Source: the human T2T-CHM13v2.0 reference genome, Homo sapiens. From it: DNA of 64,000 nt. Location of the stretch: the NCBI RefSeq assembly GCF_009914755.1, contig NC_060942.1; one strand, given 5' to 3'. Shown here piece by piece: positions 1-13,700 of this stretch (position 1 is the stretch's first letter; each line of letters begins with the position of its first letter). Below the pieces are notes generated by a model. It was not told the origin of the DNA and ran no database searches. It saw nothing but the letters and a program-made list of their open reading frames with translations. The position numbers and the translations under genes are program-made.

Positions 1-17
1 TTGCATAGCTTTGAGGA

Positions 18-34
18 TTTCGTGGGAAACGGGA
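18..34 (+). promoter_or_regulatory. CENP-B box (TTTCGTGGGAAACGGGA), repeated at the same offset in each HOR
   Basis: Matches the 9 essential positions nTTCGnnnnAnnCGGGn; T>G at a non-core position. Confidence 0.9.
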
Positions 35-359
35 TTGTCTTCAGGTAAAATCTAGACAGAAGCATTCTCAGAAACTTCTTTGGGATGTTTGCATTCAAGT
101 CACAGAGTAGAACATTCCCTTTGGTAGAGCAGGTTTGAAACACTCTTTTTGTAGTATCTGGAAGTGGACATTTGGAGCGCTTTCAGGCCCATGTTGGAAA
201 GGGAAATATCTTCCCGTAACAACTAGGCAGAAGCATTCTCAGAAACTTATTTGAGATGTGTGTACTCAACTAAGAGAATTGAACCACCGTTTTGAAGGAG
301 CAGTTTTGAAACACTCTTTTTCTGGAATCTGCAAGAGTATATTTGCCTAGCCTTGAGGA

Positions 360-376
360 TTTCGTTGGAAACGGGA
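360..376 (+). promoter_or_regulatory. CENP-B box (TTTCGTTGGAAACGGGA), repeated in each HOR
   Basis: Exact match to YTTCGTTGGAARCGGGA. Confidence 0.96.
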
Positions 377-701
377 TTGTCTTCAGAGAAAATCTAGACA
401 GAAGCATTCTCAGAAACTTCTTTGGGATGTTTGCATTCAAGTCACAGAGTAGAACATTCCCTTTGGTAGAGCAGGTTTGAAACACTCTTTTTTTAGTATA
501 TGGAAGTGGACATTTGGAGCGCTTTCAGGCCTACGTTGGAAAAGGAAATATCTTCCCATAACAACTAGACAGAAGCATTCTCAGAAACTAGTTTCTGATG
601 TGTGTCCTCAACTAACACAGTTGAACATTTCTTTAGACAGAACAGTTTTGAAACACTCTTTTTGTGGAATCTGCAAGTGGCTATTTGGCTAGATTTGAGG
701 A

Positions 702-718
702 TTTCGTTGGAAACGGGA
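702..718 (+). promoter_or_regulatory. CENP-B box (TTTCGTTGGAAACGGGA), repeated in each HOR
   Basis: Exact match to YTTCGTTGGAARCGGGA. Confidence 0.96.
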
Positions 719-868
719 TTACATATAAAAAGCAGTCAGCAGCATTCTCAGAAAGTTCTTTGTGATGATTGCATTCAAGTCACAGAATTGAACATTCCCT
801 TTCACAGAGCAGGTTTGAAACACTCTTTTTGTAGTGTGTGTAAGTGGACATTTGGAGCACTTACCGGC

Positions 869-885
869 CTAAGGTGAAAAAGGAA
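869..885 (-). promoter_or_regulatory. pJ-alpha-like site of an A-type monomer (CTAAGGTGAAAAAGGAA; reverse complement TTCCTTTTTCACCTTAG)
   Basis: Occupies the position homologous to the CENP-B box in a box-less monomer and is a near match to the pJ-alpha motif TTCCTTTTYCACCRTAG. A second copy lies near 1544-1560. Binding is not demonstrated. Confidence 0.65.
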
Positions 886-1039
886 ATATCTTCCCATAAA
901 AACTAGACAGAAGCATTCTCAGAAACTTACTCGTGATGTGTGTCCTCAACTAAAGGAGTAGAACCTTTCTTTTCATAGAGAAGTTTTGAAACGCTCTTTT
1001 TGTGGAATCTGCAAGTGGATATTTGGCTAGTTTTGAGGA

Positions 1040-1056
1040 TTTCGTTGGAAGCGGGA
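1040..1056 (+). promoter_or_regulatory. CENP-B box (TTTCGTTGGAAGCGGGA) overlapping an EcoRI site at 1055-1060, repeated in each HOR
   Basis: Exact match to YTTCGTTGGAARCGGGA. Confidence 0.96.
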
Positions 1057-1377
1057 ATTCATACAAATTGCAGACTGCAGCGTTCTGAGAAACATCTTTG
1101 TGATGTTTGTATTCAGGACACAGAGTTGAACATTCCCTATCATAGAGCAGGTTTGAATCACTCCTTTTGTAGTATCTGGAAGTGGACATTTGGAGCGCTT
1201 TCAGGCCTATGTTGGAAAAGGAAATATCTTCCCATAACAACTAGACAGAAGCATTCTCAGAAACTTATTTGAGATGTGTGTACTCAACTAAGAGAATTGA
1301 ACCACCGTTTTGAAGGAGCAGTTTTGAAACACTCTTTTTCTGGAATCTGCAAGTGGATATTTGGCTAGCTTTGGGGA

Positions 1378-1394
1378 TTTCGCTGGAAGCGGGA
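1378..1394 (+). promoter_or_regulatory. CENP-B box (TTTCGCTGGAAGCGGGA), repeated in each HOR
   Basis: The 9 core positions are intact; T>C at a non-core position. Confidence 0.9.
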
Positions 1395-1714
1395 ATACAT
1401 ATAAAAAGCACACAGCAGCGTTCTGAGAAACTGCTTTCTGATGTTTGCATTCAAGTCAAAAGTTGAACACTCCCTTTCATAGAGCAGTCTTGAAACACCC
1501 CTTTTGTAGTATCTGGAACTGGACTTTTGGAGCGATTTCAGGGCTAAGGTGAAAAAGGAAATATCTTCCCATAAAAACTGGACAGAAGCATTCTCAGAAA
1601 CTTGGTTATGCTGTATCTACTCAACTAACAAAGTTGAACCTTTCTTTTGATAGAGCAGTTTTGAAATGGTCTTTTTGTGGAATCTGCAAGTGGATATTTG
1701 GCTAGTTTTGAGGA

Positions 1715-1731
1715 TTTCGTTGGAAGCGGGA
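1715..1731 (+). promoter_or_regulatory. CENP-B box (TTTCGTTGGAAGCGGGA) overlapping an EcoRI site at 1730-1735, repeated in each HOR
   Basis: Exact match to YTTCGTTGGAARCGGGA. Confidence 0.96.
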
Positions 1732-4700
1732 ATTCATACAAATTGCAGACTGCAGCGTTCTGAGAAACATCTTTGTGATGTTTGTATTCAGGACACAGAG
1801 TTGAACATTCCCTATCATAGAGCAGGTTGGAATCACTCCTTTTGTAGTATCTGGAAGTGGACATTTGGAGCGCTTTCAGGCCTATTTTGGAAAGGGAAAT
1901 ATCTTCCCGTAACAACTATGCAGAAGCATTCTCAGAAACTTGTTTGTGATGTGTGCCCTCTACTGACAGAGTTGAACCTTTCTTTTCATAGAGCAGTTTT
2001 GAAACACTCTTTTTGTAGAATCTGCAAGAGGATATTTGCATAGCTTTGAGGATTTCGTGGGAAACGGGATTGTCTTCAGGTAAAATCTAGACAGAAGCAT
2101 TCTCAGAAACTTCTTTGGGATGTTTGCATTCAAGTCACAGAGTAGAACATTCCCTTTGGTAGAGCAGGTTTGAAACACTCTTTTTGTAGTATCTGGAAGT
2201 GGACATTTGGAGCGCTTTCAGGCCCATGTTGGAAAGGGAAATATCTTCCCGTAACAACTAGGCAGAAGCATTCTCAGAAACTTATTTGAGATGTGTGTAC
2301 TCAACTAAGAGAATTGAACCACCGTTTTGAAGGAGCAGTTTTGAAACACTCTTTTTCTGGAATCTGCAAGAGTATATTTGCCTAGCCTTGAGGATTTCGT
2401 TGGAAACGGGATTGTCTTCAGAGAAAATCTAGACAGAAGCATTCTCAGAAACTTCTTTGGGATGTTTGCATTCAAGTCACAGAGTAGAACATTCCCTTTG
2501 GTAGAGCAGGTTTGAAACACTCTTTTTTTAGTATATGGAAGTGGACATTTGGAGCGCTTTCAGGCCTACGTTGGAAAAGGAAATATCTTCCCATAACAAC
2601 TAGACAGAAGCATTCTCAGAAACTAGTTTCTGATGTGTGTCCTCAACTAACACAGTTGAACATTTCTTTAGACAGAACAGTTTTGAAACACTCTTTTTGT
2701 GGAATCTGCAAGTGGCTATTTGGCTAGATTTGAGGATTTCGTTGGAAACGGGATTACATATAAAAAGCAGTCAGCAGCATTCTCAGAAAGTTCTTTGTGA
2801 TGATTGCATTCAAGTCACAGAATTGAACATTCCCTTTCACAGAGCAGGTTTGAAACACTCTTTTTGTAGTGTGTGTAAGTGGACATTTGGAGCACTTACC
2901 GGCCTAAGGTGAAAAAGGAAATATCTTCCCATAAAAACTAGACAGAAGCATTCTCAGAAACTTACTCGTGATGTGTGTCCTCAACTAAAGGAGTAGAACC
3001 TTTCTTTTCATAGAGAAGTTTTGAAACGCTCTTTTTGTGGAATCTGCAAGTGGATATTTGGCTAGTTTTGAGGATTTCGTTGGAAGCGGGAATTCATACA
3101 AATTGCAGACTGCAGCGTTCTGAGAAACATCTTTGTGATGTTTGTATTCAGGACACAGAGTTGAACATTCCCTATCATAGAGCAGGTTTGAATCACTCCT
3201 TTTGTAGTATCTGGAAGTGGACATTTGGAGTGCTTTCAGGCCTATGTTGGAAAAGGAAATATCTTCCCATAACAACTAGACAGAAGCATTCTCAGAAACT
3301 TATTTGAGATGTGTGTACTCAACTAAGAGAATTGAACCACCGTTTTGAAGGAGCAGTTTTGAAACACTCTTTTTCTGGAATCTGCAAGTGGATATTTGGC
3401 TAGCTTTGGGGATTTCGCTGGAAGCGGGAATACATATAAAAAGCACACAGCAGCGTTCTGAGAAACTGCTTTCTGATGTTTGCATTCAAGTCAAAAGTTG
3501 AACACTCCCTTTCATAGAGCAGTCTTGAAACACCCCTTTTGTAGTATCTGGAACTGGACTTTTGGAGCGATTTCAGGGCTAAGGTGAAAAAGGAAATATC
3601 TTCCCATAAAAACTGGACAGAAGCATTCTCAGAAACTTGGTTATGCTGTATCTACTCAACTAACAAAGTTGAACCTTTCTTTTGATAGAGCAGTTTTGAA
3701 ATGGTCTTTTTGTGGAATCTGCAAGTGGATATTTGGCTAGTTTTGAGGATTTCGTTGGAAGCGGGAATTCATACAAATTGCAGACTGCAGCGTTCTGAGA
3801 AACATCTTTGTGATGTTTGTATTCAGGACACAGAGTTGAACATTCCCTATCATAGAGCAGGTTGGAATCACTCCTTTTGTAGTATCTGGAAGTGGACATT
3901 TGGAGCGCTTTCAGGCCTATTTTGGAAAGGGAAATATCTTCCCGTAACAACTATGCAGAAGCATTCTCAGAAACTTGTTTGTGATGTGTGCCCTCTACTG
4001 ACAGAGTTGAACCTTTCTTTTCATAGAGCAGTTTTGAAACACTCTTTTTGTAGAATCTGCAAGAGGATATTTGCATAGCTTTGAGGATTTCGTGGGAAAC
4101 GGGATTGTCTTCAGGTAAAATCTAGACAGAAGCATTCTCAGAAACTTCTTTGGGATGTTTGCATTCAAGTCACAGAGTAGAACATTCCCTTTGGTAGAGC
4201 AGGTTTGAAACACTCTTTTTGTAGTATCTGGAAGTGGACATTTGGAGCGCTTTCAGGCCCATGTTGGAAAGGGAAATATCTTCCCGTAACAACTAGGCAG
4301 AAGCATTCTCAGAAACTTATTTGAGATGTGTGTACTCAACTAAGAGAATTGAACCACCGTTTTGAAGGAGCAGTTTTGAAACACTCTTTTTCTGGAATCT
4401 GCAAGAGTATATTTGCCTAGCCTTGAGGATTTCGTTGGAAACGGGATTGTCTTCAGAGAAAATCTAGACAGAAGCATTCTCAGAAACTTCTTTGGGATGT
4501 TTGCATTCAAGTCACAGAGTAGAACATTCCCTTTGGTAGAGCAGGTTTGAAACACTCTTTTTGTAGTATCTGGAAGTGGACATTTGGAGCGCTTTCAGGC
4601 CTACGTTGGAAAAGGAAATATCTTCCCATAACAACTAGACAGAAGCATTCTCAGAAACTAGTTTCTGATGTGTGTCCTCAACTAACACAGTTGAACATTT

Positions 4701-7700
4701 CTTTAGACAGAACAGTTTTGAAACACTCTTTTTGTGGAATCTGCAAGTGGCTATTTGGCTAGATTTGAGGATTTCGTTGGAAACGGGATTACATATAAAA
4801 AGCAGTCAGCAGCATTCTCAGAAAGTTCTTTGTGATGATTGCATTCAAGTCACAGAATTGAACATTCCCTTTCACAGAGCAGGTTTGAAACACTCTTTTT
4901 GTAGTGTGTGTAAGTGGACATTTGGAGCACTTACCGGCCTAAGGTGAAAAAGGAAATATCTTCCCATAAAAACTAGACAGAAGCATTCTCAGAAACTTAC
5001 TCGTGATGTGTGTCCTCAACTAAAGGAGTAGAACCTTTCTTTTCATAGAGAAGTTTTGAAACGCTCTTTTTGTGGAATCTGCAAGTGGATATTTGGCTAG
5101 TTTTGAGGATTTCGTTGGAAGCGGGAATTCATACAAATTGCAGACTGCAGCGTTCTGAGAAACATCTTTGTGATGTTTGTATTCAGGACACAGAGTTGAA
5201 CATTCCCTATCATAGAGCAGGTTTGAATCACTCCTTTTGTAGTATCTGGAAGTGGACATTTGGAGTGCTTTCTGGCATATGTTGGAAAAGGAAATATCTT
5301 CCCATAACAACTAGACAGAAGCATTCTCAGAAACTTATTTGAGATGTGTGTACTCAACTAAGAGAATTGAACCACCGTTTTGAAGGAGCAGTTTTGAAAC
5401 ACTCTTTTTCTGGAATCTGCAAGTGGATATTTGGCTAGCTTTGGGGATTTCGCTGGAAGCGGGAATACATATAAAAAGCACACAGCAGCGTTCTGAGAAA
5501 CTGCTTTCTGATGTTTGCATTCAAGTCAAAAGTTGAACACTCCCTTTCATAGAGCAGTCTTGAAACACCCCTTTTGTAGTATCTGGAACTGGACTTTTGG
5601 AGCGATTTCAGGGCTAAGGTGAAAAAGGAAATATCTTCCCATAAAAACTGGACAGAAGCATTCTCAGAAACTTGTTTATGCTGTATCTACTCAACTAACA
5701 AAGTTGAACCTTTCTTTTGATAGAGCAGTTTTGAAATGGTCTTTTTGTGGAATCTGCAAGTGGATATTTGGCTAGTTTTGAGGATTTCGTTGGAAGCGGG
5801 AATTCATACAAATTGCAGACTGCAGCGTTCTGAGAAACATCTTTGTGATGTTTGTATTCAGGACACAGAGTTGAACATTCCCTATCATAGAGCAGGTTGG
5901 AATCACTCCTTTTGTAGTATCTGGAAGTGGACATTTGGAGCGCTTTCAGGCCTATTTTGGAAAGGGAAATATCTTCCCGTAACAACTATGCAGAAGCATT
6001 CTCAGAAACTTGTTTGTGATGTGTGCCCTCTACTGACAGAGTTGAACCTTTCTTTTCATAGAGCAGTTTTGAAACACTCTTTTTGTAGAATCTGCAAGAG
6101 GATATTTGCATAGCTTTGAGGATTTCGTGGGAAACGGGATTGTCTTCAGGTAAAATCTAGACAGAAGCATTCTCAGAAACTTCTTTGGGATGTTTGCATT
6201 CAAGTCACAGAGTAGAACATTCCCTTTGGTAGAGCAGGTTTGAAACACTCTTTTTGTAGTATCTGGAAGTGGACATTTGGAGCGCTTTCAGGCCCATGTT
6301 GGAAAGGGAAATATCTTCCCGTAACAACTAGGCAGAAGCATTCTCAGAAACTTATTTGAGATGTGTGTACTCAACTAAGAGAATTGAACCACCGTTTTGA
6401 AGGAGCAGTTTTGAAACACTCTTTTTCTGGAATCTGCAAGAGTATATTTGCCTAGCCTTGAGGATTTCGTTGGAAACGGGATTGTCTTCAGAGAAAATCT
6501 AGACAGAAGCATTCTCAGAAACTTCTTTGGGATGTTTGCATTCAAGTCACAGAGTAGAACATTCCCTTTGGTAGAGCAGGTTTGAAACAGTCTTTTTTTA
6601 GTATATGGAAGTGGACATTTGGAGCGCTTTCAGGCCTACGTTGGAAAAGGAAATATCTTCCCATAACAACTAGACAGAAGCATTCTCAGAAACTAGTTTC
6701 TGATGTGTGTCCTCAACTAACACAGTTGAACATTTCTTTAGACAGAACAGTTTTGAAACACTCTTTTTGTGGAATCTGCAAGTGGCTATTTGGCTAGATT
6801 TGAGGATTTCGTTGGAAACGGGATTACATATAAAAAGCAGTCAGCAGCATTCTCAGAAAGTTCTTTGTGATGATTGCATTCAAGTCACAGAATTGAACAT
6901 TCCCTTTCACAGAGCAGGTTTGAAACACTCTTTTTGTAGTGTGTGTAAGTGGACATTTGGAGCACTTTCCGGCCTAAGGTGAAAAAGGAAATATCTTCCC
7001 ATAAAAACTAGACAGAAGCATTCTCAGAAACTTACTCGTGATGTGTGTCCTCAACTAAAGGAGTAGAACCTTTCTTTTCATAGAGAAGTTTTGAAACGCT
7101 CTTTTTGTGGAATCTGCAAGTGGATATTTGGCTAGTTTTGAGGATTTCGTTGGAAGCGGGAATTCATACAAATTGCAGACTGCAGCGTTCTGAGAAACAT
7201 CTTTGTGATGTTTGTATTCAGGACACAGAGTTGAACATTCCCTATCATAGAGCAGGTTTGAATCACTCCTTTTGTAGTATCTGGAAGTGGACATTTGGAG
7301 CGCTTTCAGGCCTATGTTGGAAAAGGAAATATCTTCCCATAACAACTAGACAGAAGCATTCTCAGAAACTTATTTGAGATGTGTGTACTCAACTAAGAGA
7401 ATTGAACCACCGTTTTGAAGGAGCAGTTTTGAAACTCTCTTTTTCTGGAATCTGCAAGTGGATATTTGGCTAGCTTTGGGGATTTCGCTGGAAGCGGGAA
7501 TACATATAAAAAGCACACAGCAGCGTTCTGAGAAACTGCTTTCTGATGTTTGCATTCAAGTCAAAAGTTGAACACTCCCTTTCATAGAGCAGTCTTGAAA
7601 CACCCCTTTTGTAGTATCTGGAACTGGACTTTTGGAGCGATTTCAGGGCTAAGGTGAAAAAGGAAATATCTTCCCATAAAAACTGGACAGAAGCATTCTC

Positions 7701-10700
7701 AGAAACTTGTTTATGCTGTATCTACTCAACTAACAAAGTTGAACCTTTCTTTTGATAGAGCAGTTTTGAAATGGTCTTTTTGTGGAATCTGCAAGTGGAT
7801 ATTTGGCTAGTTTTGAGGATTTCGTTGGAAGCGGGAATTCATACAAATTGCAGACTGCAGCGTTCTGAGAAACATCTTTGTGATGTTTGTATTCAGGACA
7901 CAGAGTTGAACATTCCCTATCATAGAGCAGGTTGGAATCACTCCTTTTGTAGTATCTGGAAGTGGACATTTGGAGCGCTTTCAGGCCTATTTTGGAAAGG
8001 GAAATATCTTCCCGTAACAACTATGCAGAAGCATTCTCAGAAACTTGTTTGTGATGTGTGCCCTCTACTGACAGAGTTGAACCTTTCTTTTCATAGAGCA
8101 GTTTTGAAACACTCTTTTTGTAGAATCTGCAAGAGGATATTTGCATAGCTTTGAGGATTTCGTGGGAAACGGGATTGTCTTCAGGTAAAATCTAGACAGA
8201 AGCATTCTCAGAAACTTCTTTGGGATGTTTGCATTCAAGTCACAGAGTAGAACATTCCCTTTGGTAGAGCAGGTTTGAAACACTCTTTTTGTAGTATCTG
8301 GAAGTGGACATTTGGAGCGCTTTCAGGCCCATGTTGGAAAGGGAAATATCTTCCCGTAACAACTAGGCAGAAGCATTCTCAGAAACTTATTTGAGATGTG
8401 TGTACTCAACTAAGAGAATTGAACCACCGTTTTGAAGGAGCAGTTTTGAAACACTCTTTTTCTGGAATCTGCAAGAGTATATTTGCCTAGCCTTGAGGAT
8501 TTCGTTGGAAACGGGATTGTCTTCAGAGAAAATCTAGACAGAAGCATTCTCAGAAACTTCTTTGGGATGTTTGCATTCAAGTCACAGAGTAGAACATTCC
8601 CTTTGGTAGAGCAGGTTTGAAACACTCTTTTTGTAGTATCTGGAAGTGGACATTTGGAGCGCTTTCAGGCCTACGTTGGAAAAGGAAATATCTTCCCATA
8701 ACAACTAGACAGAAGCATTCTCAGAAACTAGTTTCTGATGTGTGTCCTCAACTAACACAGTTGAACATTTCTTTAGACAGAACAGTTTTGAAACACTCTT
8801 TTTGTGGAATCTGCAAGTGGCTATTTGGCTAGATTTGAGGATTTCGTTGGAAACGGGATTACATATAAAAAGCAGTCAGCAGCATTCTCAGAAAGTTCTT
8901 TGTGATGATTGCATTCAAGTCACAGAATTGAACATTCCCTTTCACAGAGCAGGTTTGAAACACTCTTTTTGTAGTGTGTGTAAGTGGACATTTGGAGCAC
9001 TTACCGGCCTAAGGTGAAAAAGGAAATATCTTCCCATAAAAACTAGACAGAAGCATTCTCAGAAACTTACTCGTGATGTGTGTCCTCAACTAAAGGAGTA
9101 GAACCTTTCTTTTCATAGATAAGTTTTGAAACGCTCTTTTTGTGGAATCTGCAAGTGGATATTTGGCTAGTTTTGAGGATTTCGTTGGAAGCGGGAATTC
9201 ATACAAATTGCAGACTGCAGCGTTCTGAGAAACATCTTTGTGATGTTTGTATTCAGGACACAGAGTTGAACATTCCCTATCATAGAGCAGGTTTGAATCA
9301 CTCCTTTTGTAGTATCTGGAAGTGGACATTTGGAGTGCTTTCAGGCCTATGTTGGAAAAGGAAATATCTTCCCATAACAACTAGACAGAAGCATTCTCAG
9401 AAACTTATTTGAGATGTGTGTACTCAACTAAGAGAATTGAACCACCGTTTTGAAGGAGCAGTTTTGAAACACTCTTTTTCTGGAATCTGCAAGTGGATAT
9501 TTGGCTAGCTTTGGGGATTTCGCTGGAAGCGGGAATACATATAAAAAGCACACAGCAGCGTTCTGAGAAACTGCTTTCTGATGTTTGCATTCAAGTCAAA
9601 AGTTGAACACTCCCTTTCATAGAGCAGTCTTGAAACACCCCTTTTGTAGTATCTGGAACTGGACTTTTGGAGCGATTTCAGGGCTAAGGTGAAAAAGGAA
9701 ATATCTTCCCATAAAAACTGGACAGAAGCATTCTCAGAAACTTGGTTATGCTGTATCTACTCAACTAACAAAGTTGAACCTTTCTTTTGATAGAGCAGTT
9801 TTGAAATGGTCTTTTTGTGGAATCTGCAAGTGGATATTTGGCTAGTTTTGAGGATTTCGTTGGAAGCGGGAATTCATACAAATTGCAGACTGCAGCGTTC
9901 TGAGAAACATCTTTGTGATGTTTGTATTCAGGACACAGAGTTGAACATTCCCTATCATAGAGCAGGTTGGAATCACTCCTTTTGTAGTATCTGGAAGTGG
10001 ACATTTGGAGCGCTTTCAGGCCTATTTTGGAAAGGGAAATATCTTCCCGTAACAACTATGCAGAAGCATTCTCAGAAACTTGTTTGTGATGTGTGCCCTC
10101 TACTGACAGAGTTGAACCTTTCTTTTCATAGAGCAGTTTTGAAACACTCTTTTTGTAGAATCTGCAAGAGGATATTTGCATAGCTTTGAGGATTTCGTGG
10201 GAAACGGGATTGTCTTCAGGTAAAATCTAGACAGAAGCATTCTCAGAAACTTCTTTGGGATGTTTGCATTCAAGTCACAGAGTAGAACATTCCCTTTGGT
10301 AGAGCAGGTTTGAAACACTCTTTTTGTAGTATCTGGAAGTGGACATTTGGAGCGCTTTCAGGCCCATGTTGGAAAGGGAAATATCTTCCCGTAACAACTA
10401 GGCAGAAGCATTCTCAGAAACTTATTTGAGATGTGTGTACTCAACTAAGAGAATTGAACCACCGTTTTGAAGGAGCAGTTTTGAAACACTCTTTTTCTGG
10501 AATCTGCAAGAGTATATTTGCCTAGCCTTGAGGATTTCGTTGGAAACGGGATTGTCTTCAGAGAAAATCTAGACAGAAGCATTCTCAGAAACTTCTTTGG
10601 GATGTTTGCATTCAAGTCACAGAGTAGAACATTCCCTTTGGTAGAGCAGGTTTGAAACACTCTTTTTTTAGTATCTGGAAGTGGACATTTGGAGCGCTTT

Positions 10701-13700
10701 CAGGCCTACGTTGGAAAAGGAAATATCTTCCCATAACAACTAGACAGAAGCATTCTCAGAAACTAGTTTCTGATGTGTGTCCTCAACTAACACAGTTGAA
10801 CATTTCTTTAGACAGAACAGTTTTGAAACACTCTTTTTGTGGAATCTGCAAGTGGCTATTTGGCTAGATTTGAGGATTTCGTTGGAAACGGGATTACATA
10901 TAAAAAGCAGTCAGCAGCATTCTCAGAAAGTTCTTTGTGATGATTGCATTCAAGTCACAGAATTGAACATTCCCTTTCACAGAGCAGGTTTGAAACACTC
11001 TTTTTGTAGTGTGTGTAAGTGGACATTTGGAGCACTTACCGGCCTAAGGTGAAAAAGGAAATATCTTCCCATAAAAACTAGACAGAAGCATTCTCAGAAA
11101 CTTACTCGTGATGTGTGTCCTCAACTAAAGGAGTAGAACCTTTCTTTTCATAGAGAAGTTTTGAAACGCTCTTTTTGTGGAATCTGCAAGTGGATATTTG
11201 GCTAGTTTTGAGGATTTCGTTGGAAGCGGGAATTCATACAAATTGCAGACTGCAGCGTTCTGAGAAACATCTTTGTGATGTTTGTATTCAGGACACAGAG
11301 TTGAACATTCCCTATCATAGAGCAGGTTTGAATCACTCCTTTTGTAGTATCTGGAAGTGGACATTTGGAGCGCTTTCAGGCCTATGTTGGAAAAGGAAAT
11401 ATCTTCCCATAACAACTAGACAGAAGCATTCTCAGAAACTTATTTGAGATGTGTGTACTCAACTAAGAGAATTGAACCACCGTTTTGAAGGAGCAGTTTT
11501 GAAACACTCTTTTTCTGGAATCTGCAAGTGGATATTTGGCTAGCTTTGGGGATTTCGCTGGAAGCGGGAATACATATAAAAAGCACACAGCAGCGTTCTG
11601 AGAAACTGCTTTCTGATGTTTGCATTCAAGTCAAAAGTTGAACACTCCCTTTCATAGAGCAGTCTTGAAACACCCCTTTTGTAGTATCTGGAACTGGACT
11701 TTTGGAGCGATTTCAGGGCTAAGGTGAAAAAGGAAATATCTTCCCATAAAAACTGGACAGAAGCATTCTCAGAAACTTGGTTATGCTGTATCTACTCAAC
11801 TAACAAAGTTGAACCTTTCTTTTGATAGAGCAGTTTTGAAATGGTCTTTTTGTGGAATCTGCAAGTGGATATTTGGCTAGTTTTGAGGATTTCGTTGGAA
11901 GCGGGAATTCATACAAATTGCAGACTGCAGCGTTCTGAGAAACATCTTTGTGATGTTTGTATTCAGGACACAGAGTTGAACATTCCCTATCATAGAGCAG
12001 GTTGGAATCACTCCTTTTGTAGTATCTGGAAGTGGACATTTGGAGCGCTTTCAGGCCTATTTTGGAAAGGGAAATATCTTCCCGTAACAACTATGCAGAA
12101 GCATTCTCAGAAACTTGTTTGTGATGTGTGCCCTCTACTGACAGAGTTGAACCTTTCTTTTCATAGAGCAGTTTTGAAACACTCTTTTTGTAGAATCTGC
12201 AAGAGGATATTTGCATAGCTTTGAGGATTTCGTGGGAAACGGGATTGTCTTCAGGTAAAATCTAGACAGAAGCATTCTCAGAAACTTCTTTGGGATGTTT
12301 GCATTCAAGTCACAGAGTAGAACATTCCCTTTGGTAGAGCAGGTTTGAAACACTCTTTTTGTAGTATCTGGAAGTGGACATTTGGAGCGCTTTCAGGCCC
12401 ATGTTGGAAAGGGAAATATCTTCCCGTAACAACTAGGCAGAAGCATTCTCAGAAACTTATTTGAGATGTGTGTACTCAACTAAGAGAATTGAACCACCGT
12501 TTTGAAGGAGCAGTTTTGAAACACTCTTTTTCTGGAATCTGCAAGAGTATATTTGCCTAGCCTTGAGGATTTCGTTGGAAACGGGATTGTCTTCAGAGAA
12601 AATCTAGACAGAAGCATTCTCAGAAACTTCTTTGGGATGTTTGCATTCAAGTCACAGAGTAGAACATTCCCTTTGGTAGAGCAGGTTTGAAACACTCTTT
12701 TTTTAGTATATGGAAGTGGACATTTGGAGCGCTTTCAGGCCTACGTTGGAAAAGGAAATATCTTCCCATAACAACTAGACAGAAGCATTCTCAGAAACTA
12801 GTTTCTGATGTGTGTCCTCAACTAACACAGTTGAACATTTCTTTAGACAGAACAGTTTTGAAACACTCTTTTTGTGGAATCTGCAAGTGGCTATTTGGCT
12901 AGATTTGAGGATTTCGTTGGAAACGGGATTACATATAAAAAGCAGTCAGCAGCATTCTCAGAAAGTTCTTTGTGATGATTGCATTCAAGTCACAGAATTG
13001 AACATTCCCTTTCACAGAGCAGGTTTGAAACACTCTTTTTGTAGTGTGTGTAAGTGGACATTTGGAGCACTTACCGGCCTAAGGTGAAAAAGGAAATATC
13101 TTCCCATAAAAACTAGACAGAAGCATTCTCAGAAACTTACTCGTGATGTGTGTCCTCAACTAAAGGAGTAGAACCTTTCTTTTCATAGAGAAGTTTTGAA
13201 ACGCTCTTTTTGTGGAATCTGCAAGTGGATATTTGGCTAGTTTTGAGGATTTCGTTGGAAGCGGGAATTCATACAAATTGCAGACTGCAGCGTTCTGAGA
13301 AACATCTTTGTGATGTTTGTATTCAGGACACAGAGTTGAACATTCCCTATCATAGAGCAGGTTTGAATCACTCCTTTTGTAGTATCTGGAAGTGGACATT
13401 TGGAGTGCTTTCAGGCCTATGTTGGAAAAGGAAATATCTTCCCATAACAACTAGACAGAAGCATTCTCAGAAACTTATTTGAGATGTGTGTACTCAACTA
13501 AGAGAATTGAACCACCGTTTTGAAGGAGCAGTTTTGAAACACTCTTTTTCTGGAATCTGCAAGTGGATATTTGGCTAGCTTTGGGGATTTCGCTGGAAGC
13601 GGGAATACATATAAAAAGCACACAGCAGCGTTCTGAGAAACTGCTTTCTGATGTTTGCATTCAAGTCAAAAGTTGAACACTCCCTTTCATAGAGCAGTCT

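Larger units (their letters stand above)
1..2035 (+). repeat. Reference 12-mer HOR unit (U1; phase set arbitrarily at base 1)
   Basis: TTGCATAGCTTTGAGGATTTCGTGGGAAACGGG at 1 recurs at 2036, 4071, 6106 and onward. Confidence 0.98.

Noticed and set aside
720-732. TATA-like CATATAAAAAG motifs (also ~1398-1408)
   Set aside because: They are part of the satellite monomer next to the CENP-B box, with no other promoter evidence from sequence.
1-2035. DXZ1 (chromosome X 12-mer HOR) as the identity
   Set aside because: DXZ1 is pentamer-based (SF3) and ~2057 bp. This unit is 2035 bp with strict dimeric alternation of CENP-B boxes.
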